DNA of 64,000 bases from Malassezia furfur (Eukaryota). Position numbers and translations under genes: made by a program. Position 1 is the first letter of the stretch; the number at the start of each line of letters is the position of its first letter. The DNA lies in the NCBI GenBank assembly GCA_052055015.1, contig JBQJIT010000003.1. One strand, 5' to 3'. Below the pieces are notes generated by a model that did not search any database, had not been told where the DNA came from, and worked only from the letters and a program-made list of their open reading frames with translations. Positions 21,946 through 33,480 of the stretch are shown here, piece after piece.

Positions 21946-23273
21946 ATGGCCAGCGTCGCGGACGTGCATGGAGCGCCGGGCGACTCACACCGGCCTCCTG
22001 CCATGCCCAATCCGCCCGAGATGCGCGAAAAGAAGCGCCGGCGCCGTACGCGCCCGCACGAGGTCGACATCCTGATGTCGGCCTACTTGCAGAACGCGTT
22101 TCCCAACGAAAAGACGCGCGAGCGTCTCGCGCAGACCGTCGGGATGACACCGAGGTACGTCGATTGCACTCACGCAGAGCCGTATCGGTCTGGTTCCAGA
22201 ACCGGCGCCAGGCGGAAAAGAAGCGCTCACAGCGCTACGGCGGGTCCGGCGCGTCGCCCGCGCTGAGCGGCGCGCAACGCCTGCCTGTGCAGACGTTCGA
22301 CTTGGCCCACCTGCACGGTCTGCGCGACCTGCACGAGCTCGTGGGGCCGCTGCCCGGTGCAGCGCGCCAGGGCGCGATGCGCCGCGCGACGAGTTCGCCG
22401 TGTATTTCGCTCACCACCGACGCTGCGGGCCATGCACAGCTCGGCCCGAGCGCACCGGCGCCGGAGCCTGTGGGTGACATCGACATCTGGCAGCGCATGG
22501 AAAGCTCGAGTGCGGTGAACAGTTCGAGCGATGTCGAGGATGCCGACGCCGATGCTCGCGGGTCGCAGGACGAAGACGAGGAGGAAATGACGCTGCGTCG
22601 CCTCGCGCAGCGCCGCGCCCGAAAGCGCGATGCGCCCGAAGCATCGGACGCGCGCAACATGATGCACGCACGCCGCCCATCGGCCGCACGCCCGCTCAAG
22701 CGGCAGGCGTCGCTCAGCCTCGAGTTTGCCGCCGCGCGTGAAACGTCTCCGCCGTCCTCCGCCAAGCCGCTGCGGCGCACTGAAAGCATGCCTGTGCGTG
22801 CACCGTTGCAGCCGGTGCAGCCGCCAGCCGCGGCGCCCGTTGCCCCGATGGCGCGTCCGCTGCACGTGCCGCGCAAGCCCACCGCGCTCGATGCGCTGCG
22901 GCTTGCGCAGGACAAGGAGAATGCGCCGCCACGCCTGCCGCGCGCGTGGCCGCTCTCGGCATTCCGGCGCGTGGCGTCGGCCGGCTCGCGGGCGCCGCGC
23001 GAGTGTGCGCTGTGGCCGCGTACGCCATCGATCCCGGTGACGCGGCGCGAGTCGAGTGCGCGGAGCGATGCGGCGCCCGTGCGTGTCGTTGCGCCGCTCA
23101 AGGCCGAGGAACACGATGACAGTGGCTTCTTTGAGGAAGAGTCACAGGCGCACTCGTCGCCAGCATCGCAATCCAGTGCTAAGTCCATGCCGGTGGGGCA
23201 CTTTACCGAGCACGACCGCCAGGCCGTGGAACTGTTGCTGGGTCTCGGCTCGATCCCGGTTGGACATGCATAG
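21946..23273 (+). CDS. YOX1: Homeodomain transcription factor, Yox1/Yhp1-like; 2 exons
   Basis: 23-nt intron 22155-22177 joins KRRRRTRPHEVDILMSAY...VGMTPR to AVSVWFQNRRQ, completing the homeodomain; C-terminal AVELLLGL motif. Orthology is inferred. Confidence 0.7.
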
Positions 23274-23291
23274 CTACATACCCCTACCCCA

Positions 23292-24510
23292 TTACTCGGA
23301 TGCGCGGTACAGTGCGTTTTGTTCAATGTACTGAATCACACTGTTAGGCAGCAGGTACTTGATCGAGTAGCCGCGGCGCACAAACAGGCGGACCTTGGAC
23401 GAGCTGATATCGTTGTAGATGGTCTGCTTGACCACGATCAAGTTGCGACGGTACATCCACAGCAGGTCGTGCGACAGCAAAAACGACCACACGTCCGCCC
23501 CGGTGCGCTCCACAATCAGGCAGCCATACCGGCCCAGGATGTGGTGCAGATCCGAGTCGGCCCACACGCCGGGCTCACCCATGCTCTGGATCAGATCGCC
23601 GCCGGCCAGCAGCATGATCTTGATTGGCTTGCGTGTGCCATCGGAGAGCAACAGGCCCTTTTCGTTGTGTTTGCCGTTGATCTCCTCGTTAAAGTGGTCG
23701 AGCACCACAGCGGTCCGTTGGTACTCGCCCTGCAGTGACTCCCACGCATCCACCATGAGCCAGTTGGACGAGCGCTCCACGGCGAGCCTGGGTCAGCGCA
23801 CTTCGGCAACGTACTCGCACATGCGCACGCGATGCGTCGCCTTAGCCAGGCCGGCCTTCTTGTACTGGTCCGACACGGGGCTATAATAGCCGGCGACCAG
23901 CTCGTAGTCGCCGTTCTCAATCACCTGGTCCTTGGCCATCTCAAACATGCGCCTATCGTCAGCCGTCGTCCACGTACAGGTGCAGGTAAGTGGGCGGGGA
24001 AAAACTGCCGCACGCGACGACAACGAGCGGCTGCTTGCGCTCGTCACGCATTTGCGTCGCGAACCGGTGCCGCGGAAACGTGTATGTGTCCATCGACTCA
24101 CCCTGCCGCGGTACGGGCGCAGTATGCGGGGAGCGCAGCGCGTGAAAGGTCTCGTCGACCACCTGCGACGCGTCGAGCTCTTCGTCGAGCTCCTCGGTCT
24201 CGTCGATCTCGCCGCTATCGTCAGCATGGCGCGCATCAAGCGCCCATTTCGGCACATCGCCATCCCGTCGCTTGTGCTGCAGCTTCGACCGCGCGTGTAC
24301 GCCGCCCTCGGCGCGCGTCGTCGTGTTGGGGACCTGCTGCTCGAGGCCCTGCGTGACGGGCCCTGCCCCGGTCACTGCAGCGCCCGTGAACGGCGGCGAG
24401 TCGAGGCGATACGAGTCGCGGTTCAGTGCCTGGTAGCGCAGCGAGGTAAACCCGTCGGCGTTCTGCACTCCGGACGCGCTCGCGGCATCGCCCCGGGGCT
24501 TGGAAGCCAT
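23292..24510 (-). CDS. NMA1: Nicotinamide/nicotinate mononucleotide adenylyltransferase; 3 exons
   Basis: Introns 23953-23977 and 23788-23814 restore GSFSPPTYLHLRMFE and HRVRMCELAVER; LLAGGDLIQSM, NDISSSKVRLF. Confidence 0.95.
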
Positions 24511-24549
24511 GGTCCGTGGAAGGAAACGCAGGTGGAGGTCGGGAAACGG

Positions 24550-27125
24550 CTATGGCGTGCGCTTCGTCCAGCGGACGAGCGTGGGCATTTGATTCGCTTT
24601 GAGCTGGGTTAGAGGTTAGGAACGTACCGCACCCTGCTCTGCGAGGTGCACGGCCTCGCCGTTGGCCGATTTGGGCAGATGCCAGAACCGACAGTTGCCG
24701 CTGGGGTCAGTGGTATCACGTACTCGACATCCTCCCATTGCCGCACGAGATAATCGAGTAGCTCCCACAGATCGCGGTTGGGCACGGACTCACCGGGCAT
24801 GCCCTGCGGTGTCTCGCGCGTGAGCACCCAGCCATTCTGGCGCCACGTCCAGATATCGTGCGAAATGCCACGCACGATCCACGCGTTGTGCACCGCAATG
24901 ACCACCTTATCAAAGCCCTCCTTCTCCCAGTGCACGTACTCCAGCGCGGCAATCACGCTGCGCAGCGCCGCGCGCTGCGTCGTCGTGCGGTTCGGGAACT
25001 CGGGGCGCTCCAGCCGGCGCGATACGTTCTTCTCGGCGCGCGCCGCATCGAACGACTCGCCCAGCGCCGCACACAGCGACGCCGTCGGCGAGTACACCAC
25101 ACCGATGCCGCCCTGCACCTTGGTGTTTTCCGTGGTACCAAAGTGGCTCGCAAGGGAGCGCAGCTTCTCTTCACTCACCTTACCGGAACCGTCGGCGGCG
25201 CGCTTGGCGGCCTGCACCGCCTGCACCTGCGCCCCGGTCAGCGACGAGCCGGCAGCAAAGAGGAGCACCTGGCGGGGGTCGGTGCGGCGCACAAAGCGAT
25301 ACGGGTGCCACGAGCGGGGGTCTGGCACAAACAATGCACGCACCGTCTCCAGCGAGGTCTGCGCGGCGCTGTCGTGTGCCGCCGGGCGCGCTTGTCCGTA
25401 GCCACTCACGCGCTCCCACTGCGAGCCGGCGTCCATACCGATCGGCTGCTGCGCAAGCGTCTCGGTGGAGCGCAACGTGTTGTACTTGGGTGCGTCCCAG
25501 ACGTGCGTGCCAAACTTGGGGTTTGACTGACTCGGAGGGGGCTGGTATTTGTACTCGCGGAAGTTGGTGCGCACCGGCTTAGGCATCGCCTCGGGCCGAT
25601 CGTACTTCATGTTCGACAAGAGCGTCATTTGGCTGATCGTCGGTGCAGTCGACGGTGCAAGACTAGCAGCATGGGACTGGGCCGTTCGGATCGACGCCGT
25701 ATCCGCAATCGGGATATGGTGCTTCTTGGGCATCGTCCAGGTGTCGACGGTGTGCTCCGATACGGCATCGGCGAATGCAACCGTCTTTGTGTCGTCTGCA
25801 CCAGCCTCACACACCGGCTCAGCACGCGGCTCCGGGACATCGCCAGCCTGCGCATCCTCGGGCGCTGCTTTGGTCACACTGTTGGACTCGGCCTCGGCCT
25901 TGGGCTCCACTTCAGCCTTGGGCTCGGCATCGGCCTTGGGCTCAACCTCGGCCTTGGGCTCGGCGTTGGCCTTGGACTCGGCGTCGGCTGCAACCTCTGA
26001 ATCGGCTTTCGCCTCCGGTTCGGCATTCGCCTCCCGCTCAGGTTCAGCTTCGGCCTTAGGTGTTGGCTTAGGCTCCTCGACCGGCTCGGCATCGTTGTCC
26101 GCCTTGCCCTGGGCCTCGGCTGCGGCTTGGTCTGTCTCGGGGTCGTCGCCGCTCTGGGCCTTCTTTGCCGCCTTCTTAGCCTGCTTCTTGGCCTTCTTCT
26201 TGGCAGCCTTTGAAGGCTTCTCGGCCGTCTCTTCAGGCTGCTTGGCCGCGTCCTTGGCCTCGGTAGACGCCTCGGCGTCGGGCGGCTGGTCCGCTGGCCC
26301 CTCGGGCTGCTTCGTTGCCTTGGACTCTTTGGACTCTTCGGACCCCTTCGTATCTTTCGCGTCCTCTGTGTCCTGCTCCTCGAAGGCCTCGGCAAATGCA
26401 GGCTCGTGCGATGCTGAGGTGCTGTGCGATTTGGCGTCGGCATCGTCTGCCGCCGGCATAGTGTCTTTGGTTTCACTCGCCTTGTCCGACACGCTGGGAG
26501 GCGCAGCACTCGACTCGCGCGACCTGAGCACTGACTCCCAGACATTCTCGGTGGCGTTTTCGTCCGCGTCGTCCGTGGAGAAGGCAAAGCCACCGCGCTC
26601 GACGTCCTCCGCATCTGTGGGCAATTCGTCGGCATTACTCGGCGCAAGGTGCACGTCGCGCACACGTTCGGCCAGCGCCTCTGGCTCATCCGTCTTCGAT
26701 GAAGTGGCAGTGGCAGCTCCGACGCGTGTGTCGGTCTGCTCATCGGCGCTTGCGTGGTCCTTGGCGACGCGGGTCTCGTCGCGCTGAACGTCCTGCTTAA
26801 CGGGCTCTTTGTCGCGGTACTCTGCGGCAAGCATCTGTGCAGGTGTCATAGCATCCGTATCTTCATCTCCAAGCACAAATGTCGGCTCGCGTCGGGTGGC
26901 GCGCTCGTATCCGATGATTTCGTCCTCAAAGTCGTACAACAGCTCGGGAGGCTCGGGAAGCTTGGGCACCGCAAATAACCGGCGCGAGGCGGTGTGCGGA
27001 TCGGTCTGGTCAGGTGCATACGTGATGCCCGACGGCGCGTCGAGGCGTACTTGCAGCGAGCCCGACGCCTTGGGCGCGGGCCGCGACGCCAGCCAGGTGT
27101 CCAGGAACCGGGGATCGGCGCTCAT
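24550..27125 (-). CDS. Acidic low-complexity protein with a C-terminal degenerate RNase H-like domain; 3 exons
   Basis: Introns 24701-24723 and 24604-24627. C-terminal segment QVLLFAAGS...GGIGVVY...TTQRAALRSVIAAL...WIVRGI...W...W...NRDLWE...RFWHLP follows the RNase HI pattern. Confidence 0.75.
25891..25980 (-). repeat. 18-nt coding tandem repeat (about 5 copies, EPKAxx)
   Basis: gccttgggctc recurs at 25897, 25915, 25933, 25951, with a variant at 25969. Confidence 0.8.
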
Positions 27126-27192
27126 GTGGAAGATGCACACGCCACCTTCGCGGCTGAGTCAGCCGCCAAAAATTCTCAGCCCTTTCTTCCAC

Positions 27193-29181
27193 ATGTGGTG
27201 GCGAGGTGCATGGATGCGCCAAGCGGCTGCACCGCTTGCGCATGCCCGTGCCTTGGCCCGCACACTGACCACCTCGCGGTGCGCACGACAAGACGCCGTG
27301 CTGGACACGGCGATCGAGTCGCTGCGTGCCAATGTCCAGCCGGAAACCTACCGCGCGCTGACGCAGGCGCCGTTCCGCTTCACGCAGATGACCGACGTGC
27401 AGAGCCGCGTGCTCTCGCTGCTGCCCGAGCTGGGACAGGCCGGACTGGTTGACACCGGTGTGCCCCTCTCTGATGCTGAGGGCCGCGACCTGCTGGTCAA
27501 GGCGCGCACGGGTACGGGCAAGACGGTCGCGTTCCTCGTGCCGGCGATCGAGTCGCGCCGGCGCGCGCTTGACGCGGCTGATCACGGCCAGTGGACGGAC
27601 GCGTTCCAGAAGTTTGTGGAAGCGTCAGGCGAAGGCAAGCTGCTCGCGAGTGACGCGCCGCGCTCGTCGGCCCGGCTCCTGAACCTCTTCCAGAAGCGCT
27701 CCGTGGGCGCGCTGATCCTTTCGCCGACGCGTGAGCTCGCGACACAGATTGCGAACGAGGCACGCAAGCTGCTGTCGCATCAGTCGCACCTGAATGTGCA
27801 CCTGCTCGTCGGTGGCAACGACCGGCGTGCGCAGTGCGACGCGTGGCGCAAGTTGTCGCGCGACGTGGTGGTGGCGACACCCGGCCGCCTGATGGATTTG
27901 ATGAACGATGCCGAGTTCCGTGCGCCGCTGTCTACGACGCAGACGCTCGTGCTCGACGAGGCCGACATGCTGCTCGAGCTCGGCTTCCGTGAGGACATTC
28001 AGCACATCATCCAGGCGCTGCCCCCCGCGTCGAAGCGTGCGACGATGCTCTTTAGCGCGACGATCAACCCCAACATTGAGGCAATTGCACGCGCGACGCT
28101 GCACCGCAACCACCGCTTCATCGACTGTGTGCCGCCTGGCGAGGACGCCGTGCACACGCGCATCCCCCAATACGTCACAACGCTCACCGACCCCGCCGAG
28201 GTGTACAGCCACGTGCTGCGTGTCGTGGCGCGCGACCAACTCGTGCACGGCGTGCAGAGCAAGGTGATGGTCTTTTTCTCCACGACGCGGCAGACGCGCG
28301 CCGCGTCGCAGGTCTTGCGCAAGGCGAGCGACACTTTGCCGTTTGAGCAGGCGACGCGCGTGTTTGACATCCACAGCGACATGGACCAGTCGAAGCGCAA
28401 CAAGGTCGCGACCCGCTTCCGCACGTGCACCACTGCCCCAAGTGTGCTGGTGACGAGCGACGTGAGTGCGCGCGGCGTCGACTACCCCGGCGTGACCCAG
28501 GTGGTGCAGGTCGGCATCCCGTCCTCACCGGAGATCTACGTGCACCGCGTTGGGCGCACGGGGCGTGGCAACCGCGATGGGCGCGCCGATCTGGTGCTGA
28601 TGGACTGGGAGGATGCGTTCGTGACATGGGACCTGCAGGACATGCCGCTGCAGCGCCTCGCGCCTGCGGACCTCGCGCGCGAGGTCGAGCAGCGCGCGGC
28701 GGATGCCGACGCGGCCGATGTCCCACCCGAGCCTCAGCAGCGCGGGCGCGGCGCGCGCAGTGTGCGTCCCCGGCGCGAGGAGCGCCTCGCTGACCACCGC
28801 CCGACGGCGCCGCGCCTCACCGCCACGTCGCTGGGCGCCGCCGTGGCGCACGCGTGCGCAGGCATCGACGCAGAGCTGTCACACGGCGTGTTTACAAGCC
28901 TCATTGGGTTCTATGCTTCGCGTGCATCGACGCTGCGTCTGCACAAGGGCGAGCTGGTGGAGTGTGTGGCGTCGCTGGCCCACGCCACCACGGGCGCCAC
29001 CGAGCGCCCGCGCCTGTCGCCATACATGCAGCGCCAGCTCGGCGTGCACGGCAAGCCGCGGACCGAGGCACGGGACGCGCGGCGTAGTAGGTCGCGTGGC
29101 GCATCGCGCGACAAGCCGTGGAGCGACGCACGCGGTGCGTCGCGCTCTGCTACGCAGCGTCCCCGCCGTCGTGCATTCTAA
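27193..29181 (+). CDS. MSS116: Mitochondrial DEAD-box RNA helicase, Mss116-like
   Basis: Arg/Ala-rich presequence-like N-terminus; MTDVQ, KARTGTGKTVAFLVP, SPTRELATQIA, DEAD, FSAT, TSDVSARGVDYPGVT, HRVGRTGR; basic tail. Confidence 0.8.
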   Translation: MWWRGAWMRQAAAPLAHARALARTLTTSRCARQDAVLDTAIESLRANVQPETYRALTQAPFRFTQMTDVQSRVLSLLPELGQAGLVDTGVPLSDAEGRDLLVKARTGTGKTVAFLVPAIESRRRALDAADHGQWTDAFQKFVEASGEGKLLASDAPRSSARLLNLFQKRSVGALILSPTRELATQIANEARKLLSHQSHLNVHLLVGGNDRRAQCDAWRKLSRDVVVATPGRLMDLMNDAEFRAPLSTTQTLVLDEADMLLELGFREDIQHIIQALPPASKRATMLFSATINPNIEAIARATLHRNHRFIDCVPPGEDAVHTRIPQYVTTLTDPAEVYSHVLRVVARDQLVHGVQSKVMVFFSTTRQTRAASQVLRKASDTLPFEQATRVFDIHSDMDQSKRNKVATRFRTCTTAPSVLVTSDVSARGVDYPGVTQVVQVGIPSSPEIYVHRVGRTGRGNRDGRADLVLMDWEDAFVTWDLQDMPLQRLAPADLAREVEQRAADADAADVPPEPQQRGRGARSVRPRREERLADHRPTAPRLTATSLGAAVAHACAGIDAELSHGVFTSLIGFYASRASTLRLHKGELVECVASLAHATTGATERPRLSPYMQRQLGVHGKPRTEARDARRSRSRGASRDKPWSDARGASRSATQRPRRRAF

Positions 29182-29203
29182 ATAGTCTGTACAGTACACA
29201 GCC

Positions 29204-31387
29204 TTACCCCGACTCGGGCACGCCGTCGATCGGCAAATCCCACACGGTGCGGCACAGATGCTCGACCTTTCGCCCCGTCGGGCCAAGCAAGCCGAGATAC
29301 GCGAGCTCGTTGATCGCGAGCGCAAAGCGGACCTGGGTGTGCGCCGCCGAGGCCTCGAGCACCGTGTGCCGCGCGCGTGCGTCTGCCTCGAGCGCATGTA
29401 CAAACGCGTCGTACCAGTCGGCAAGGTTGATAAACTTGCCCGAGTCCTTGTACAGCGCATACAGCCGGCACACGTCGGGCACCTGTGCGTCGTGCGTCTC
29501 GGCGAGCGTTGCACGCAGCTCGTCCACGTCCGACACACCCATCGCACGCTCAGGCCAGTCGGCTGCGGCACTCGCGAGACGCGGCCCTGCAGGCGTCGCG
29601 GACGATGCAACCATCGACGCCAGCGCCTCGCTCGGCGCATCCAGCGCGAGCAGCACACCAGCGCGCGCCGCACCGTCGAGCGCTGCGGCGATCGGCTCCG
29701 CAAAGTCGTACGTCCAGATCGCCGCACCAACGCCGCTCATTGGCAGATCGCACATCGCCGCCCAGCGCTCGGCAAGCCACGCAAGAAACGCAGCACGTAG
29801 CTCGTCGGGGGGGCGCTGCGTGAGTTTGTGCAGCGCGGCACACGACGCCTCGACCCCCGCGGCGGTCGGCGCATCGAGGTCGGCGCACGAGGCCAGCGAC
29901 GCCTGCAGGCGTGCAAGCAACGCCGGCACCTCGTGCGCGGGCACCGTGCCAGCAAGGTGCGCAAGCAGCGCGTACAGCGGACGCGCGCTCGGCGTCGTGG
30001 CCGTGTGCCCGAACGCCGGCGCCCGCGCCGCGTTCCAGTCTGTAAAGGGCACGCGCAACTGCAGCGACACGGCGAGGCACGCCGTGTGGCTCAGCCGCGT
30101 GCCGTGCATGTCGGCCATGTGCGTGTGCTCGAGCAGCGCGTCGACGGCGGCCAGCATCACGATGCGTGTTGCGGCAGCGGCCGCAATGTCGGCGCGCGCC
30201 TGCGGCAGCGTGCTGCGCACGCTGCTCGCCTCCTGGACATGCGCACGCACCTCTACGGGCAGCGACTCACCTTGCGCCGCGTATGGCGCGACGAGCGCAA
30301 GACGCAGCGCGTCGTACACCTCGGGCGTCCAGTACGCCGCGAGCTCTTTGTCGGTCGGCGTCGTGTCGACGAACGCGGCGAGCGGCTGCGTCGTGGCATG
30401 GTGCAGGTAACACAGGCGCACGACCTGTGCGACGCTCTCCCAGCTTGGCTCGATGTGCCAAAAGCGCCTCCGCACCAGCTCCAACACGCTGCGTCCCAGC
30501 ACAATGGGCGCGGCCGGCCGCACGAAGAAGGGGCAGACGACCTGTTTCCAAAACGCGCGCTTGTCGGGGAACGCGAGCGGCGCGACGTCCATGCCTTGGA
30601 GCACACGTGGGGAGAGCACCGGCACGAGCCACGACGTCGGCTGGTGCACGTCGGCAGGCATGCGCGTGCGAGGCAGCACCGCAATCGGCGCGGTGTACAC
30701 CACGACGAGCCGCAGTGTCGGTGCGTGCGCCCAGCGGAAGAGGGCCTGGAGGAAGTCGTTGAGCGGCGCCGCGGCAAACTGCTCGAGGCCGTACACCACG
30801 AGCTGGACTCGGGGTGCGGTGGGCAGCGCCGCATACTGCGCGTCGAGCTGTGCAAGGTCGTTGGCGTCGAATTCAGCGGCCAGCTCCTCGAGGCCAGCGT
30901 CGGGGTGCGCCGCAGCGAGCTGTTCGCCGACCTCGGAGATGAATGCGGTGAGCGCCGATGCCAGGTTCGCGCACTGCACAGCGCGCATCGTGACGCACAG
31001 CGCGTCGTCCGCGTGATGCTGGACAAGGTGGGGTATCCGTTCGTAGGCGGCGCCGCCGCTGGCTGCGTGTGAGCGGCCGACGTACCATCTACTGCGACCG
31101 TGGGCACGCCAAGTCCAGGAGGCGGCATGCACGCGGCGATTTGTGCACAGCACGGCGCATACAGCGCGTCGGCGAGGCGCGTGAGCTGTGCGCGTGCACG
31201 GTCCCAGGCATGCCCGAATGCGTCCCAGCGCCAGTGGGCCGGTGTGTCATCCGCCTCGACCGCTTCAATGCGGGCGAGTGGCGGGCGCGACGCGCGTCCC
31301 GGGACGTACGCGCGTACCGAAATCGGCTGGGGCGTGAGCCGCGCGTCGCGCACGTACCTCGGTGTCCAGGGCGGCCGAACTCGTCAT
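29204..31387 (-). CDS. ORC3: Origin recognition complex subunit 3-like; 3 exons
   Basis: Introns 31327-31357 and 31063-31085. C-terminal winged helix PDVCRLYALYKDSGKFINLADWYDAF...RFALAINELAYLGLLGPTGRKVEH matches the Orc3 pattern; the rest is divergent. Confidence 0.8.
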
Positions 31388-31427
31388 CGTCGTGCGCTCG
31401 GCCGAGCTTCTCACGACGACGACTGCG

Positions 31428-32246
31428 ATGGCCCCGAAGCGCGGGAAGCAGGCGGTACGCCGCCAGGCGAGCAACCTTGCGGAGAAGGTCAACATGCAGA
31501 CCGAGAACGTCTTCCTGTTCGTGCCGAACTTGATCGGCTATGCACGCGTGATCCTCGCGGCGATCTCGCTGTACTATATGCGCAACAACCCCAAGGTATG
31601 CACGGTGCTGTACTGCATTTCGTGTCTGCTCGACGCCTTCGACGGGATGTTTGCACGACGCCTGGACCAGAGCACGCGGTTCGGTGCGGTGCTCGATATG
31701 GTCACGGATCGATGCACGACATCGTGCCTGCTGTGCTTCTTGACCGCGGCCTATCCGCGCTGTGCACTGCTCTTCCAGTTCCTGGTGACGCTCGACTTTA
31801 GCAGCCACTACATCCACATGTACAGCACGCTGGTGTCTGGCTCGCAATCGCACAAGGTGGTCGACTCCTCGCGCTCGCGCATCCTCAACCTGTACTATAC
31901 CGACACCCGTGTGCTGTTCCTCTTCTGCGCCTGCAACGAGATTTTCTTCGTGTGCCTGTACCTGATGGACTTTTACAAGCAGCCGCTTGGCCTCGACCTG
32001 CTCGCATTTGTGCCGCGCGGCATCGTCGAGGTGCTGCCGCTGCACAAGGGCTCGGCGCTGTACCATGCGCTGCACGTCTACTTCCCGACGCTCACCTGGC
32101 CGCAGATCCTCGGCGCTTTGACGCTGCCCTGGTGCATTGGCAAGCAGATCATCAACGGCGTCCAGTTCTGGAAAGCAGCCAAGGTGCTCGTCGACCTCGA
32201 CCTCGAAGACCGCCGTCGCCGCCGGCAACACACCAAGCGCGCATAA
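31428..32246 (+). CDS. PIS1: Phosphatidylinositol synthase (CDP-alcohol phosphatidyltransferase)
   Basis: VFLFVPNLIGYARV and LLDAFDGMFARRLDQSTRFGAVLDMVTDRC signature; LDFSSHYIHMY. Confidence 0.95.
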   Translation: MAPKRGKQAVRRQASNLAEKVNMQTENVFLFVPNLIGYARVILAAISLYYMRNNPKVCTVLYCISCLLDAFDGMFARRLDQSTRFGAVLDMVTDRCTTSCLLCFLTAAYPRCALLFQFLVTLDFSSHYIHMYSTLVSGSQSHKVVDSSRSRILNLYYTDTRVLFLFCACNEIFFVCLYLMDFYKQPLGLDLLAFVPRGIVEVLPLHKGSALYHALHVYFPTLTWPQILGALTLPWCIGKQIINGVQFWKAAKVLVDLDLEDRRRRRQHTKRA

Positions 32247-32276
32247 AAATAAGCGAACGTGGTCGCGAGGTATCGT

Positions 32277-33403
32277 CTACTGGTAGTCCAGGTAGTCTAA
32301 AAGAGCGTCCGGGACCGGCGGTGATGACCGCTTGGTCTCTTGCAAGTGCGACGAAATGGTCTCGATCAGCATCCACGTAATGCCGTGCGACAAAAAGCTG
32401 CGCACCGCACTGATGCCAAGCCCGCGGTAGAGCCGCGCGATGTGGTTCAGCGGCACGCCCGCGATCGTGAAGCGTGACGGCGGCGCTGTCGGCTGCGCAT
32501 GCACCAATTTCTTGAACACGCGCACGGCGTTGAGGCGCGGCGCCCCCGCCAATGCATCGCGCTGGATCTGCGTCTTGAGCAAATCCACCGGGTACACCAG
32601 CAGCCACGAGAGCATCCCGGCCGACGAGCCGATCAAAAACGACAGCACGGGGCTCGGCACTCCTAGCGTCTGCTGCCGCGCCTCGAGCTGGTTGCCCACA
32701 GCACGCAGCGTGTCGTAAATGCCAAAGTAGAGTGCGGAGCCGAGCGTGTCGCGGCACAGGTGGAGCGGGAAGCCCAGGTAGAAGCCGCGCACGCCGCCGT
32801 GCGTGCGGTAGATGTCGAGTGCTGCGCGGAAGCCCGACTGCGGCTTGAATGGCGTACTCGGCTCGCCGCGCGCCTTTTGGCGCTGTGCGGCGATGAGAAA
32901 TTCGAGTTGGCGCTGCACCTTGACCAGCTCGAACGGCGCCGAGCCGCAACTGATCACGGTACCGCTCGTCATGCCGCCGAGCGCGCCGTACATCCCAGTG
33001 CGCCACAGCTGGCTGCCGTCGTTGGGGCTGACGTGTGCATCGAGCCAGGATTTCGTGCCGGTGTAAATGCTGAACGACGACGTGCGCACAAAGGTGATGG
33101 TGATCAGCGGGATTGAGGCACCGCGGAAGAGGCCGCGTACGCCTTCCTCGCGTACGACGGCACGGGCACATGCCCATGCACTTGGGTAGTCCTTCACCTG
33201 GAGGCGACTTTTGATGCTGTCAAACTGGCGATCAGGCGTCTACACGTACCGGAAAGGACGCCAGGGTCGACACGAGCGATGCCGGGCCCGCCGATGCCAG
33301 TGTCGGATGCGCTGCCAGTCAGTCGGTCACACATACCATGTAAATACTCGTACAGCTGGTGTACTTGCCGCGCATACGGCGACTCCCGGCGCTGCTCCGG
33401 CAT
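32277..33403 (-). CDS. Mitochondrial carrier (SLC25) protein; 3 exons
   Basis: Introns 33312-33336 and 33225-33249 restore the first signature FPFDSIKSRLQ; second and third signatures PFELVKVQRQ and YPVDLLKTQIQ. Substrate not assignable. Confidence 0.9.
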
Positions 33404-33480
33404 CGTGCGGAGGCGAGCGTGCACGGCGCGCCGCGAACGCCGCGCACAATTGCGCGCACGCCGATTGGCCGCTCGGCCGA

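Noticed and set aside
21946..23273. Homeodomain gene as a mating-type (bE/bW) locus
   Set aside because: No divergent partner homeodomain gene; the sequence resembles Yox1-type cell-cycle repressors.
24550..27125. RNase H domain as a retrotransposon remnant
   Set aside because: No reverse transcriptase, integrase, gag or LTRs; the gene has spliceosomal introns and a cellular RNase HI-like pattern.
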